DNA of 64,000 nt from Candidatus Limnocylindrales bacterium (lineage in GTDB: Bacteria; Chloroflexota; Limnocylindria; Limnocylindrales; CSP1-4). The DNA lies in contig JBBRNM010000004.1 in the NCBI GenBank assembly GCA_038230295.1, positions 2,235 through 66,234 on the forward strand. The letters run 5' to 3'. Both the position numbers and the translations under genes were made by a program. The notes beneath the pieces are model-generated. The model was not told where the DNA came from. It ran no database searches and saw only the letters and a program-made list of their open reading frames with translations. Shown here one piece after another: positions 29,297-39,271 of this stretch (within the stretch, counting starts at the first letter, position 1; each line of letters opens with the position of its first letter).

Positions 29297-29787
29297 CAGA
29301 CGGCCGTCTTGCGGGCCTGGACGAGCCCTTCGGCGAAGTCGAACATGTCGATGTCGCCGGGCGACCGCCCGCCTTCCGTGAGAAGCGCGGCGGCCTCACT
29401 TCGATGCTGGGTCCCATGGTTCACGACATGGGTGAGGAGCTGCCACATCGGGATCTCATCGAATCGCGACAGGAGCGCTTCGTCGTCGATGGCCCCGAGC
29501 CACGCGTCCCAGCCGGTCCACTCGACCTCCCACGCCGCGATGAGCGCCGTAGGCGACGGCAGCGCCTCTCGCTCCGGCCGAGGCACGTCGCCGGGAGCCA
29601 ACGACAGGCCGTGCCGCCAGCGCTGCGTCGCGCCAAGGTGATGGACGAGAATCCGACCGAGCCCGCGGTCGCCGATCGCGTTCGGCGTCGACCACAGCCC
29701 GTCGTCGAGCCCGTCGAGCGAGGCCAGGATCCGGCGCGTCGCCCAGCGGTCGAACTCGACGAGGAACCGGATGTCGTCGATGCGCAT
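29296..29787 (-). CDS. DinB-family (four-helix-bundle metalloenzyme-like) protein
   Basis: From ATG 29787 (AGGAGG upstream): MRIDDIRFLVEFDRWATRRIL...ILVHHLGATQRW...LLTHVVNHGTQHRSEAA. Confidence 0.8.
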   Translation of the reverse strand: MRIDDIRFLVEFDRWATRRILASLDGLDDGLWSTPNAIGDRGLGRILVHHLGATQRWRHGLSLAPGDVPRPEREALPSPTALIAAWEVEWTGWDAWLGAIDDEALLSRFDEIPMWQLLTHVVNHGTQHRSEAAALLTEGGRSPGDIDMFDFAEGLVQARKTAV

Positions 29788-29798
29788 CCCCGGGCCTC

Positions 29799-30683
29799 CT
29801 AGCCGCGATGGCCGGCGGCGCGAAGGAGGGCTGGAATCTCGGTGGGCGAGCCGGCGACGGCGAAGCCCGCGGCTTCGAGCGCAGCGACCTTCGAGGCCGC
29901 CGTCCCGGCGCCGCCCGAGATGATCGCGCCGGCGTGGCCCATCCGCTTGCCCTCGGGCGCCGTCCGGCCGGCGATGAACGCCGCCTTCGGGATATCGCGG
30001 AGGTGCTCGGCGGCCCACGCCGCGGCCTCCTCCTCGGCCGCGCCGCCGATCTCGCCGATCAGCACGATCGCGTCCGTCTCCGGGTCGGCGGCGAACAGCT
30101 GGAGGACGTCGAGGAACGTGGTCCCGATGACCGGATCGCCGCCGATCCCGATGCAGGTCGACTGGCCGACGCCCGCGTCGGACATCGCCTGGACGGCCTC
30201 GTAGGTGAGCGTCCCCGATCGCGAGACGACGCCGACCGAGCCCTCCCGATGGACGGATCCCGGGATGATGCCGACCTTCGCCCGGCCGGGCGACGTGGCG
30301 CCCGGGCAGTTCGGGCCGATCAGGCGGGCGCCGGCGCGCCGGACCGCTTCGACGACCGGGACCATGTCGAGGGTCGGGATGCCCTCGGTGATGCAGAAGA
30401 TCGTGCCGATCCCGGCGGCGACCGCCTCGAGGATCGCGTCCGGCGCGCCCGGCCCCGGGACGAAGATGCAGGAGGCGTTCGCGCCGGTTTCGGCGACCGC
30501 TTCGGCGACGGTGTTGAAGACCGGCACGTTGCCATCGAGCGCCCGCTGGCCGCCCTTGCCGGGCGTCATGCCCGCGACGATCCGGGTGCCGTATTCCTGC
30601 ATCGCCCGGGCGTGGAAATCGCCTTCGCGGCCGGTGATGCCCTGGACGAGGAGCCGCGTTTCGCGGTCGACGAGGATGCTCAC
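29799..30683 (-). CDS. sucD: Succinyl-CoA synthetase alpha subunit
   Basis: From GTG 30683: [24 protein letters not shown]...[11 protein letters not shown]...[15 protein letters not shown] overlap with sucC. The rest of track ORF 29799..33023 is rejected. Confidence 0.95.
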   Translation of the reverse strand: MSILVDRETRLLVQGITGREGDFHARAMQEYGTRIVAGMTPGKGGQRALDGNVPVFNTVAEAVAETGANASCIFVPGPGAPDAILEAVAAGIGTIFCITEGIPTLDMVPVVEAVRRAGARLIGPNCPGATSPGRAKVGIIPGSVHREGSVGVVSRSGTLTYEAVQAMSDAGVGQSTCIGIGGDPVIGTTFLDVLQLFAADPETDAIVLIGEIGGAAEEEAAAWAAEHLRDIPKAAFIAGRTAPEGKRMGHAGAIISGGAGTAASKVAALEAAGFAVAGSPTEIPALLRAAGHRG

Positions 30684-31843
30684 CGGCGGGACGCAGCCAC
30701 GGCGAGCTCGGCGGCCTCGTCGAGGGAGCTCGCGGTCTTGAAGTGGGCGGCCTCGAGGAGCGTCGCCGCCTCCGCCGCGTTGGTGCCGACGATCCGGACG
30801 ACCATCGGGACGTCGCGCTCCTGCTGGGCGCGGGCCTCGATGAGCCCGTGCGCCACCTCGTCGCCGCGGGTGATGCCGCCGAAGATGTTCACGAGGATCG
30901 CGTTGACCTTCTGGTCGGCCAGGATCAGGCGCATCGCCGCCGCGACCTTGTCGGCCTTGGCGCCCCCCCCGATGTCGAGGAAGTTCGCCGGCTCGCCGCC
31001 GGCCCGCTTCACGAGGTCCATCGTCGTCATCGCCAGGCCCGCGCCGTTGACCATGCAGCCGATCGTCCCGTCGAGCCGGATGAAGCTGATCCCGGCCCGC
31101 CGGGCTTCGGCGTCGGCCGGATCCTCCTCGTCCGGATCGCGCAGCGTCTCCAGGTCCGGGTGGCGATACAGCGCCGAGTCGTCGAGGGTCACCTTGGCGT
31201 CGAGGCAGACGAGGCGTTCCGTGACGTTGCCGTCGGCACCGGGTTCGCGAACGATCGCGAGGGGGTTGATCTCGACCAGATCTGCGTCGTTGGCGAGCAT
31301 CGTGGCGACCAGGCCCTTCGCGATCGCCACCGTCTCCCTGAGGTGACGGCCGAGGCCCATCCGGAACGCGAGGTCTCGGGCCTGCCAATCCTGGAGGCCG
31401 AGGAGGGGATCGGCGTGGATCGAGAGGATGGCCTCGGGCCGCTCCGCGGCGACCTGCTCGATCTCGACCCCGCCCTCGGACGAGCCCATGAGCAGGATCC
31501 GGCGAGCGGCGCGATCGAGGACGGCCGCGAGGTAGAACTCCTTGACGATGTCCGCCGCGGCCGCGACAAGGACCTTGCGGACGACGATGCCCTTGATGGA
31601 CATCCCGAGGATCCCGGCCGCGACCGCTTCCGCCTCCTCCGGCGAGTCCGCGAGCTTCACGCCACCGGCCTTGCCTCGACCGCCGACGAGCACCTGGGCC
31701 TTGATGACGACCTTGGCGGCACTCGCAAGCATCCGTTCCGCGGCTGCACGCACCTCCGGAACGGTCCGGGCGACCTCCCACGGCGGAACCGGCAGGCCCT
31801 CGGCCAGCAGGAGCTTCTTCGCGTCGGCTTCCTGGATCTTCAC
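30680..31843 (-). CDS. sucC: Succinyl-CoA synthetase beta subunit
   Basis: From GTG 31843: [20 protein letters not shown]...[18 protein letters not shown]...NFLDIGGGA. Confidence 0.95.
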   Translation of the reverse strand: MKIQEADAKKLLLAEGLPVPPWEVARTVPEVRAAAERMLASAAKVVIKAQVLVGGRGKAGGVKLADSPEEAEAVAAGILGMSIKGIVVRKVLVAAAADIVKEFYLAAVLDRAARRILLMGSSEGGVEIEQVAAERPEAILSIHADPLLGLQDWQARDLAFRMGLGRHLRETVAIAKGLVATMLANDADLVEINPLAIVREPGADGNVTERLVCLDAKVTLDDSALYRHPDLETLRDPDEEDPADAEARRAGISFIRLDGTIGCMVNGAGLAMTTMDLVKRAGGEPANFLDIGGGAKADKVAAAMRLILADQKVNAILVNIFGGITRGDEVAHGLIEARAQQERDVPMVVRIVGTNAAEAATLLEAAHFKTASSLDEAAELAVAASRR

Positions 31844-31934
31844 GGGGCGGGCCGGAACCTCGGGCGGCAAGCGGGCCCCGAATGGTAGCGCCGGCCGGCC
31901 CGAGCGGACCGGGGCTCGCCGCTAGAATGGCCCC

Positions 31935-32984
31935 ATGACCCATCGAGTCACCCTGATCCCCGGCGACGGCATCGGGCCGGAGCTGGCGGAGGCGACACGG
32001 CGCGTGCTGGATGTCTCCGGCGTGGCCTTCGAATGGGAGGTCGTCGAGGCCGGCGAGGCGACGATCGCCGAGTACGGGACACCCCTCCCGGAGCACGTCC
32101 TCGACTCCATCCGCCGGAACAAGGTCGCGCTCAAGGGCCCGATCACGACCCCGGTCGGCGAGGGCTTCCGGAGTGTGAACGTGACGCTCCGTCAGACCCT
32201 CAACCTGTACGCCAACCTGCGCCCGGCCCGATCCATCAAGGGCCTCCAGACCCGCTACGACGACGTCGACCTGGTCATCGTCCGCGAGAACACCGAGGAC
32301 CTCTACGGCGGCATCGAGCACATGGTCGGCCCCGATGCGGCGGAGAGCATCAAGATCATCACCCGCGTTGCCTCGGAGCGGATCGCCCGATTTGCGTTCG
32401 ACTATGCCGTCGCCAACGGCCGCCGAAAGGTCACGGCGGTCCACAAGGCGAACATCATGAAGCTGTCGGACGGGCTCTTCCTCGAGTCCTGCCGGACGAT
32501 CGCTGCCGCCTACGCCGGCCGGATCGAGTTCGAGGACCGGATCGTCGACAACATGTGCATGCAGCTCGTGCAGAAGCCGGACCAGTACGACGTCCTGGTG
32601 CTGCCGAACCTGTACGGCGATATCGTGAGCGACCTCTGCGCCGGCCTCGTGGGTGGGCTCGGGGTCGCGCCCGGGGCGAATATCGGCGAGGACGGCGCGG
32701 TGTTCGAAGCGGTCCATGGCTCGGCCCCGAAGTACGCCGGCCAGAACAGGGCCAACCCGACCGCGCTCATGCTCTCCGGCGTGCTCATGCTCCGGCACCT
32801 CGGCTACCCGGCGGTCGCCGATCGCGTGGAGACGGCCATTCGCGATGTCATCGCCGAGGGTCGGGCAACCACCTACGACCTCGGCGGGACCACCGGCACG
32901 AGCGAGTTTGCCGACGCCGTCATCGAGCGGCTTGCCGCGCACCCCGCCGAATCCCCGGCGAGCCAGGCCGTGGCGGCCCGATGA
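31935..32984 (+). CDS. Isocitrate/isopropylmalate dehydrogenase family; probable NAD-dependent isocitrate dehydrogenase given the TCA context
   Basis: [13 protein letters not shown]...NLYANLRPA...[16 protein letters not shown]...[10 protein letters not shown]. Confidence 0.85.
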   Translation: MTHRVTLIPGDGIGPELAEATRRVLDVSGVAFEWEVVEAGEATIAEYGTPLPEHVLDSIRRNKVALKGPITTPVGEGFRSVNVTLRQTLNLYANLRPARSIKGLQTRYDDVDLVIVRENTEDLYGGIEHMVGPDAAESIKIITRVASERIARFAFDYAVANGRRKVTAVHKANIMKLSDGLFLESCRTIAAAYAGRIEFEDRIVDNMCMQLVQKPDQYDVLVLPNLYGDIVSDLCAGLVGGLGVAPGANIGEDGAVFEAVHGSAPKYAGQNRANPTALMLSGVLMLRHLGYPAVADRVETAIRDVIAEGRATTYDLGGTTGTSEFADAVIERLAAHPAESPASQAVAAR

Positions 32985-33790
32985 CCGGACGCGAGGCGAC
33001 GCTCGAGGTCCCGGCCAAGCCACGAGGGACAGCGCCGCGCCGGATCTTCGCCACGAATCGCCGCGACGCCTGGGGGCTCGCGCCGGCCGTCCAGGGGACG
33101 CTGTTCACGATCTGCGCCACGTACCTGTTCTTCAGCGGGATCATCTGGACGCCGGTGTTCGGGACCGGTTACGAGGTCAATGGCTACCTTTCGCCGCTGT
33201 TCTCGCCGCTCATCACGGGCCCGTGGCTGCCGAGCTGGATCAGCCCGGGATTGCTGATCCTGTGGATCCCGCTCGGGTTCCGGGCGACCTGTTACTACTA
33301 CCGCAAGGCCTATTACCGCTTCTACTTCGCGGACCCCCCCGGCTGCGCGGTCGGGGAGCCGACGATCCATCGACGCTACGCGCTCGAGACGGCCTTCCCG
33401 TTCATCCTCCAGAACATCCACCGCTACTTCCTGTACCTCGCATTCTTCCCGCTGTTCTTCCTGTGGGTCGACGCGTTCCAGGCGTTCGTCCCGGCAGGCG
33501 GGCCGGCGCGGATCGGCCTCGGCGGCGTGGTGTTCCTCGTCAACGTCACCCTCCTGACCGGGTACTCCCTGTCGTGCCACTCCCTGCGCCACATCGTCGG
33601 CGGGCGCCTCGACTGCTTCTCGTGCACCCGTGCCCAGCGGGTGCGATACGGGCTCTGGCAGCGCCTCACCGGCCTGAACCGGCATCACATGGCCTGGGCC
33701 TGGGCGAGCCTGATCACGGTGACCCTCGCCGACGTCTACGTCCGGGCCATGGCCCTGGGGCTCTTCGTCGACCCGGCCATCAGGCTGTAA
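32981..33790 (+). CDS. Putative succinate dehydrogenase/fumarate reductase membrane anchor (multi-TM, His/Cys-containing)
   Basis: ATGA overlap with the icd-like gene, and it directly precedes sdhA/sdhB. Hydrophobic segments include [42 protein letters not shown] and [15 protein letters not shown]. The call rests on position and topology. Only the 3' part of track ORF 32033..33790 is retained. Confidence 0.7.
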   Translation: MTGREATLEVPAKPRGTAPRRIFATNRRDAWGLAPAVQGTLFTICATYLFFSGIIWTPVFGTGYEVNGYLSPLFSPLITGPWLPSWISPGLLILWIPLGFRATCYYYRKAYYRFYFADPPGCAVGEPTIHRRYALETAFPFILQNIHRYFLYLAFFPLFFLWVDAFQAFVPAGGPARIGLGGVVFLVNVTLLTGYSLSCHSLRHIVGGRLDCFSCTRAQRVRYGLWQRLTGLNRHHMAWAWASLITVTLADVYVRAMALGLFVDPAIRL

Positions 33791-33809
33791 GGGGCCCAGG
33801 TCGCCGTCG

Positions 33810-35645
33810 ATGCTGCTCGCCAATCGGCCCGCAGGGCCCCTCGAGACCCACCCGGTAGACGTGCTCGTCGTCGGTGCCGGCGGCGCGGGACTTCGGGCGG
33901 CCATCGCCGCGCGCGACGCCGGCGCGAGCGTCGCACTCGTCTGCAAGTCGCTCCTCGGCAAGGCCCACACGGTGATGGCCGAAGGCGGCGTCGCCGCTGC
34001 GCTCGGCCACGTGGCCCCGGACGACACCTGGCAGATCCACTTCCGGGACACCATGGTCGGCGGCAAGCTCCTGAACAACCCGCGGATGGCCCAGCTCCAC
34101 GCGATGGAGGCGCCGGACCGGGTCCGCGAGCTCGAGAAATGGGGCGCAGTGTTCGACCGGACCGAGGACGGCCGAATCCTGCAGCGGCCGTTCGGCGGCC
34201 ACACCCATCCCCGGCTGGCCCACGTCGGCGACCGGACCGGCCTCGAGATGATCCGGACCCTCCAGGACCGGGCGGTCCGGGCCGGGATCGACGTGTACAT
34301 GGAGTGCACGATCACCCACCTGACGACCGGCCCGGAGCGGATCAGCGGCGCCTTCGGCTACTGGCGCACGACCGGCCGGCCGATCCTCTTCCCGGCCAAG
34401 GCCACGGTCCTCGCGACCGGCGGGATCGGCAAGGCCTACGAGATCACGTCGAACTCGTGGGAATACAGCGGCGACGGCCAGGCCCTGGCGTACGAGGCGG
34501 GCGCCGAGCTCATCGACATGGAGTTCGTCCAGTTCCACCCAACCGGGATGGTGTGGCCGCCGGGTGTCCGCGGGTTGCTCGTCACCGAGGCCGTCCGCGG
34601 CGAGGGCGGGATCCTCCGAAACAACGACGGCGAGCGATTCATGTGGCGGTACCTGCCGGAAGATCGCCGGGCGGAGTACGCGGCAACGGACGAGGAGGCC
34701 ACTCGCTGGGTCACCGCCCAATCCCAGGGCAAGCAGACCGACGCCCGCCGGCCGCCAGAGCTTTCGACGCGCGACAACGTCTCACGGGCGATCTACACGG
34801 AGGTCCGGGAGGGCCGCGGCTCGCCCCACGGCGGGGTCTTCCTCGACATCAGCTACCTGCCCCCGGAGCATGTCCGCCGGAAGCTGCCATCGATGTACGA
34901 GCAGTTCAAGGAGCTCGCCGACGTCGACATCACGAAGGGTCCGATGGAGGTCGGCCCAACGACCCACTACGTCATGGGCGGGATCCGTGTCGATGCGGAA
35001 ACCGGCGCCACCACGAGACCCGGCCTCTTCGCAGTCGGAGAGGCGAGCGGCGGCATGCACGGCGCGAACCGGCTCGGAGGCAACTCGCTGTCGGACCTGC
35101 TCGTATTCGGGGCTCGGACCGGCAAAGGGGCTGCGGCCTTCGCGGCGAGTCTCGACGGCGAGTCCTATGTCGATCCCGTCCAGGTCGCCGAGGCGGGCCG
35201 GGCACTGGCCGTGCCGCTGGAGCGCGACGGCGGCGAGGATCCGTATGCCCTCCAGCGTGACCTCCAGTCGATGATGCAGCGGCTCGTCGGGATCTACCGC
35301 GTCGAAGCGGACCTCGACGAGGCGATCGGCGAGCTCGAGGCGCTGCGAGCCCGCTGGGCGAACGTGGCCGTTGGTGGCGGGCGAACCTACAACCCGGGCT
35401 GGAACCTGGTGTTCGAGGTCGGCAACCTCCTGACGATCTCGGAGGCGATTGCGCGGAGTGCCCGCCATCGGACCGAGAGCCGGGGGGCCCACAGCCGCCT
35501 CGACCACCCGGAGACGGACGATGCCAACTGGGGCAATCGGAATACCGTAGTCCGGCAGGGCCGGAATCAGCGCATGGAGGTCCGCTCAACCGCGCTGCCG
35601 GCGATGCCGGCGGCGCTGCGCGAGCTCCTCGGCGCCGCGCACTGA
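33810..35645 (+). CDS. sdhA: Succinate dehydrogenase/fumarate reductase flavoprotein subunit
   Basis: VDVLVVGAGGAGLRAAIAA...FVQFHPTG...GLFAVGEASGGMHGANRLGGNSL. Confidence 0.95.
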   Translation: MLLANRPAGPLETHPVDVLVVGAGGAGLRAAIAARDAGASVALVCKSLLGKAHTVMAEGGVAAALGHVAPDDTWQIHFRDTMVGGKLLNNPRMAQLHAMEAPDRVRELEKWGAVFDRTEDGRILQRPFGGHTHPRLAHVGDRTGLEMIRTLQDRAVRAGIDVYMECTITHLTTGPERISGAFGYWRTTGRPILFPAKATVLATGGIGKAYEITSNSWEYSGDGQALAYEAGAELIDMEFVQFHPTGMVWPPGVRGLLVTEAVRGEGGILRNNDGERFMWRYLPEDRRAEYAATDEEATRWVTAQSQGKQTDARRPPELSTRDNVSRAIYTEVREGRGSPHGGVFLDISYLPPEHVRRKLPSMYEQFKELADVDITKGPMEVGPTTHYVMGGIRVDAETGATTRPGLFAVGEASGGMHGANRLGGNSLSDLLVFGARTGKGAAAFAASLDGESYVDPVQVAEAGRALAVPLERDGGEDPYALQRDLQSMMQRLVGIYRVEADLDEAIGELEALRARWANVAVGGGRTYNPGWNLVFEVGNLLTISEAIARSARHRTESRGAHSRLDHPETDDANWGNRNTVVRQGRNQRMEVRSTALPAMPAALRELLGAAH

Positions 35646-35658
35646 GACGGGGAGAACC

Positions 35659-36507
35659 ATGCCCGACGCACAGCTCCGAGTCTTCCGCGGGACGCCCGAG
35701 ACGCCGGGTCGGTTCGAGGACTACACCGTCCCGGTGGAGGAGGGGATGGTCGTCCTCGATGCCCTCCACTGGATCCAGGCCAACGAGGCCCCGGACCTCG
35801 CCGTTCGCTGGAACTGCAAGGCGGCCAAGTGTGGCTCCTGCAGCGCCGAGGTCGACGGCCGGCCGAGCCTGACCTGCAAGACCCGGCTGTCCGACTTCGA
35901 CCTGGCGGAACCGATCACGGTCGAGCCGATGCGCGCGTTCCCCCTGATCCGGGACCTCGTGACGGACGTTTCTTGGAACTACGCGGTGAACAAGACCATC
36001 GAGCCGTTCAGCCCGCCCGACGACGTTCCCCAGGAGGACTGGCGCTGGCAGCAGCGCGACATCGAGCGGGTCCAGGAGTACCGGAAGTGCATCGAGTGCT
36101 TCCTCTGTCAGGACGTCTGCCACGTCCTGCGCAACCACGAGACCGAGCGCCCGTTCATGGGGCCCCGCTACCTGGTCCGCGTTGCCGGGCTCGAGCTCCA
36201 TCCGATCGACCAGGCCGACCGGCGGTCGTACCTGAAGGACGAGGGCGGGATCGGCTACTGCAACATCACGAAGTGCTGCACCGAGGTCTGCCCGGAGCAC
36301 ATCAAGATCACCGACAACGCGATCATCCCGCTCAAGGAGCGCCTGGCCGACGAGTTCTACGACCCGCTCCAGTGGGCGTGGCGGAAGCTTCGAGGCGAGC
36401 CGGCCGAATCCGCGGCCGGGACCCCGCTCCCGGTCCTCCCGCACACGGATCTACCGCCGGCTGCCGACGGGGGTGTCGGACCCGCGGGCGACGCCGGAGG
36501 CGATTGA
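35659..36507 (+). CDS. sdhB: Succinate dehydrogenase/fumarate reductase iron-sulfur subunit
   Basis: CKAAKCGSCSAEVDG; CIECFLCQDVC; CNITKCCTEVCPEHI. Confidence 0.95.
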   Translation: MPDAQLRVFRGTPETPGRFEDYTVPVEEGMVVLDALHWIQANEAPDLAVRWNCKAAKCGSCSAEVDGRPSLTCKTRLSDFDLAEPITVEPMRAFPLIRDLVTDVSWNYAVNKTIEPFSPPDDVPQEDWRWQQRDIERVQEYRKCIECFLCQDVCHVLRNHETERPFMGPRYLVRVAGLELHPIDQADRRSYLKDEGGIGYCNITKCCTEVCPEHIKITDNAIIPLKERLADEFYDPLQWAWRKLRGEPAESAAGTPLPVLPHTDLPPAADGGVGPAGDAGGD

Positions 36508-37040
36508 CCGGCCGCACGGGCGGCGAGCCGTTGACGCTCGGGTTCGACGAGCCACACGCCGAGGCTGGAGTCGCTGCCGGGTTCGTCGTCCGGACCGACG
36601 GTGCCGCGCGTGGCAACCCGGGGCCGGCGTCGGCGGGAGCCGCGCTGATCGCGCTCGATCGGGCAGACGCCCATGACCCCGGCGCCCGCCCGGACGCGAC
36701 GATCTCCGATTACCTCGGCATCCAGACGAACAACGTCGCCGAGTACACCGGCGTCCTGCGCGCGGTCCGCCTCGCGGTGGAGCTCGGTGCCCGCCGCGTC
36801 GAGCTGCTCCTCGACTCGAACCTCATCGTCGAGCAGCTGCACGGGCGGTGGCGGGTCAAGGATGCGAAGCTCCAGCCCCTCTGGGCCGACACGCTCCGAA
36901 CGCTGCGTGGCTTCCCGGGCGGCTGGACCGCCGCGCACGTGCCTCGGGCCCAGAACTCCCTGGCCGACGCGCTGGCGAACGAGGCAATCGACCGGGTGAT
37001 GGCGGGCGGGCCTGAATCGGTGGTTCGCCGGCCGCGCTGA
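36504..37040 (+). CDS. rnhA: RNase H (type 1, RNase HI-like) family protein
   Basis: FVVRTDGAARGNPGPASAGAAL...TNNVAEYTGVLRAVRLAVELG...HVPRAQNSLADALAN. Start is TTG 36504 or TTG 36531. Only the 3' part of track ORF 35829..37040 is retained. Confidence 0.8.
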   Translation: MTGRTGGEPLTLGFDEPHAEAGVAAGFVVRTDGAARGNPGPASAGAALIALDRADAHDPGARPDATISDYLGIQTNNVAEYTGVLRAVRLAVELGARRVELLLDSNLIVEQLHGRWRVKDAKLQPLWADTLRTLRGFPGGWTAAHVPRAQNSLADALANEAIDRVMAGGPESVVRRPR

Positions 37041-37103
37041 CGGCCGGGGCCCGGCCGGGGCGGAAGGGTGGCCGAGGGCGGTCGGGTACTATTCCGCGGT
37101 CAG

Positions 37104-37461
37104 CGAGCCGGCCGGATGGCCGCGCGTCGCCGGGGCAACCCGGCGGCGTGAGGAAAGTCCGAGCTCCACAGCGCAGGGTAGCGGGCAACACCCGTCCGCC
37201 GCGAGGCGAGGACCAGCGCCACAGTGACGATGCCGGCTCGGGGCTTCGGCCCGGAGTCGGAGTGAAACGCGGCAAGCTCTACCCGGAGCAAGGCCAAATA
37301 GGAGGGCGCAACCCGGTTCGCCGGGGGAGAGGCGCGCTGCCCAGCCCTCGGGTCGGCCGCATGAGCTGTCGGGTGACCGACGGCCAACAGATGGATGGCC
37401 ATCCCTGCTCCGCGCCTTCGGGCGTGGGGCGGGACAGAACTCGGCTTACAGGCCGGCTCGT
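37104..37461 (+). ncRNA. rnpB: RNase P RNA, bacterial type A
   Basis: Universal blocks GAGGAAAGTCCGAGCTCCACAG, GGTAGCGGGCAACACCCGTCC, GTGAAACGCGGCAAGCTCTACCCGGAGCAAGGCCAAATAGG and ACAGAACTCGGCTTACAGGCCGGCT. P1 pairs CGAGCCGGCC (37104-37113) with GGCCGGCTCG (37451-37460). A TACTAT -10-like hexamer sits at 37087-37092. Confidence 0.9.
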
Positions 37462-37487
37462 TGACACCGCAGCATGAGGAGGTCGCC

Positions 37488-37694
37488 ATGATGGAGTACG
37501 AAGCGCTCCGGCTGGTACACCGCCACGGGGATGACTGGATTCCGATGGCGCCGCGGGACCTCGACGAAGTCGCTCAGCACGACATCGAGCGGTCGCTGCT
37601 CCGGGGAGCCCAGATCTACCGCTGCGCGTCCTGCGACGAGGAGGTCGCGGTCCAGATCGACCACTCGCGCCTGGCCGACAGCGAGCCACAGTGA
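37488..37694 (+). CDS. Small HxH...CxxC protein, paralogue 1 (68 aa), unknown function
   Basis: GAGGAGG at 37476-37482, then ATG 37488. MMEYEALRLVHRHGDDWIPMAPRDLDEVAQHDIERSLLRGAQIYRCASCDEEVAVQIDHSRLADSEPQ. Supported by a collinear paralogue immediately downstream. Confidence 0.6.
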   Translation: MMEYEALRLVHRHGDDWIPMAPRDLDEVAQHDIERSLLRGAQIYRCASCDEEVAVQIDHSRLADSEPQ

Positions 37695-37701
37695 GGTTGA
37701 G

Positions 37702-37908
37702 ATGCTGCAGTACGAAGCCCTGCGGCTCATGCATCGCCACGGCGATGAGGAGCTGGCGCCCATGACGGAGATCAGCGGTGGCCACCACGATTCGGCCGCC
37801 CACGACATCGAGCACGACATCAGCTGGTATCGGCGGGTCTTCCGCTGCACGACCTGTGAGGACGAGGTCGTCATCGAGGGTCCCGCGGACCCGAAGAAGC
37901 GCGGGTGA
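37702..37908 (+). CDS. Small HxH...CxxC protein, paralogue 2 (68 aa), unknown function
   Basis: GAGG upstream of ATG 37702. MLQYEALRLMHRHGDEELAPMTEISGGHHDSAAHDIEHDISWYRRVFRCTTCEDEVVIEGPADPKKRG. Shares YEALRLxHRHGD, PM, HDIE and RCxxCxxEV with paralogue 1. Confidence 0.6.
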   Translation: MLQYEALRLMHRHGDEELAPMTEISGGHHDSAAHDIEHDISWYRRVFRCTTCEDEVVIEGPADPKKRG

Positions 37909-37915
37909 TCGAGGG

Positions 37916-38161
37916 CTAATCCTCGTCCGGCCGGAAGATGTGGGCCGCTGTGCAGGCGTTGCAGACCGGCATCGCCGAATCGAGGTCGCCCAGTGGAATC
38001 GGCAGCTTCCGATCCGGGTAGAGGCACTCGACGTCGTACACGCGGTCGCCCTTCATCTCCACGCGGATGAGCCGTCGAAACGTGCAGCGCCGGATCCGAT
38101 GCGGCGCAAGATGCGACGGATCCTGAAGGGCGACGGTCTCGACGGACAGGGGCAGGGCCAT
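37916..38161 (-). CDS. Small Cys-rich hypothetical protein (81 aa)
   Basis: MALPLSVETVALQDPSHLAPHRIRRCTFRRLIRVEMKGDRVYDVECLYPDRKLPIPLGDLDSAMPVCNACTAAHIFRPDED. Coding-like composition. Converges on paralogue 2 with a 7-nt gap. The ribosome-binding site is weak. Confidence 0.45.
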   Translation of the reverse strand: MALPLSVETVALQDPSHLAPHRIRRCTFRRLIRVEMKGDRVYDVECLYPDRKLPIPLGDLDSAMPVCNACTAAHIFRPDED

Positions 38162-38307
38162 CGCTGGGGTACGCGCCTCGATCGCTGGGCCTCCCTCGAT
38201 CGGCTCGTACCGAGCGAGGACCGGCGCAGCCTAGCACCCGTCCCTTCGGCACGACTAGGAAGAAAAGGTACTAGAGTCTGCGGCCATCCGAGGGAAGTGG
38301 AGGATGC

Positions 38308-39021
38308 GTGGAGACGCCCAGCACACCGTCCGGCCGCCGGACGCTGACCCCGGCCGTGCTCCTCGCGGTCGTGTTCACGACGGCCTGCGCCCTCGCCTCG
38401 GTCGCATTCGTCGCCGCTCGCGGCGGGCTGGACCTGCCGCTCGCGATGCCCGCGCCGTCCGGTGTCGCTCGGGCGAGCATCGCGCCGACCGGGGCTACGA
38501 CGGGGTCGGCGCCGCCCCCGACGCTCGCCCCCAGCAGCGCTCCGACGAGGACGCCGACGTCGAGCCCCGCTCCATCGGTGCCACCGACGACCGGACCCAC
38601 GCCGGAGGTCACACCTGATCCCCTGACGGCCCTGGCACCTTGCCCCGGCGGTCTCTACGGCTGCTACCTGTACACCGTGCAGCGGGGCGAGACGCTGTCG
38701 ACCATCGCCGATCGGTGGCTGATCCCGATTGCGACCGTCGTGACGCTGAACCCGCAGGTCGCGGATCCGAGGATCATCGTCGTGGGCCAGACCCTGTACC
38801 TCGGCCGCACGCCCTTCGTGCGACTTTCGGAGTGCAACGACTTCTCGGGCTGCTACCGGTACGTCGTCCGTCCGGGCGACCGCCTGTCGACGATCGCGGG
38901 CCGGTATGGGGTCACCATCGCCCTGATCGTCGCAGTCAATCCCGGGATCACCAACCCGAACGCGATCTACTCGGGCCAGACGATCCACCTGCCGGGTCCG
39001 ACCTACCCCTGCTGCGGCTGA
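38308..39021 (+). CDS. Membrane-anchored protein with two LysM peptidoglycan-binding domains
   Basis: TM segment LTPAVLLAVVFTTACALASVAFVAA and a P/S/T linker. LysM repeats YTVQRGETLSTIADRWLIPIATVVTLNPQV...GQTLYL and YVVRPGDRLSTIAGRYGVTIALIVAVNPGI...GQTIHLP. Confidence 0.85.
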   Translation: METPSTPSGRRTLTPAVLLAVVFTTACALASVAFVAARGGLDLPLAMPAPSGVARASIAPTGATTGSAPPPTLAPSSAPTRTPTSSPAPSVPPTTGPTPEVTPDPLTALAPCPGGLYGCYLYTVQRGETLSTIADRWLIPIATVVTLNPQVADPRIIVVGQTLYLGRTPFVRLSECNDFSGCYRYVVRPGDRLSTIAGRYGVTIALIVAVNPGITNPNAIYSGQTIHLPGPTYPCCG

Positions 39022-39094
39022 GCTTCGCCGCCGGATCCTGAGCCCGCAAGGCAAAGCCCGGGCACCCAGTTTCCGGATTCCGTCGAAATTGGCA

Positions 39095-39122
39095 TTGACT
39101 GCTGATTCGCGGGCGCTATGAT
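39095..39122 (+). promoter_or_regulatory. Candidate dcw (Pmra-like) promoter
   Basis: -35 TTGACT (39095-39100), 16-bp spacer, -10 TATGAT (39117-39122). Confidence 0.5.
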
Positions 39123-39130
39123 GCCCGCAA

Positions 39131-39158
39131 GTGGTGAGAAGTGGGGAATAGTGGGGAG
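39131..39158 (+). promoter_or_regulatory. Three 10-bp-phased direct repeats GTGGKGAR: candidate MraZ operator
   Basis: GTGGTGAGAA GTGGGGAATA GTGGGGAG lies immediately downstream of the -10. MraZ is known to bind phased direct repeats containing TGGG in its own promoter region. Confidence 0.6.
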
Positions 39159-39242
39159 TAGCCCGAGTCCGTCGGACCCCGACCCACGATCGAGCCATCA
39201 GCGGACCTCCGGAAGGGCACTCCAGAGCTCCGCGACACCGAA

Positions 39243-39271
39243 GACGGGCCCGCGGTCCCCGCGGGCCCGTC
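39243..39271 (+). other. Perfect 13-bp GC-rich stem-loop in the mraZ leader
   Basis: GACGGGCCCGCGG-TCC-CCGCGGGCCCGTC, 19 nt upstream of the mraZ ORF. No U-tract follows. Confidence 0.5.

Noticed and set aside
30684-33023. Upstream ~780 aa of the 1074-aa ORF 29799..33023 (minus strand)
   Set aside because: Only the last 294 aa (from GTG 30683) are SucD. The remainder overlaps sucC out of frame and the icd-like gene in antisense.
38162-38307. Possible c-di-AMP (ydaO-type) riboswitch upstream of the LysM-domain gene
   Set aside because: Such riboswitches often precede cell-wall/LysM genes, but I could not find the conserved pseudo-symmetric ACGGGGA/CCCA-type blocks. The region looks like a plain divergent promoter region.
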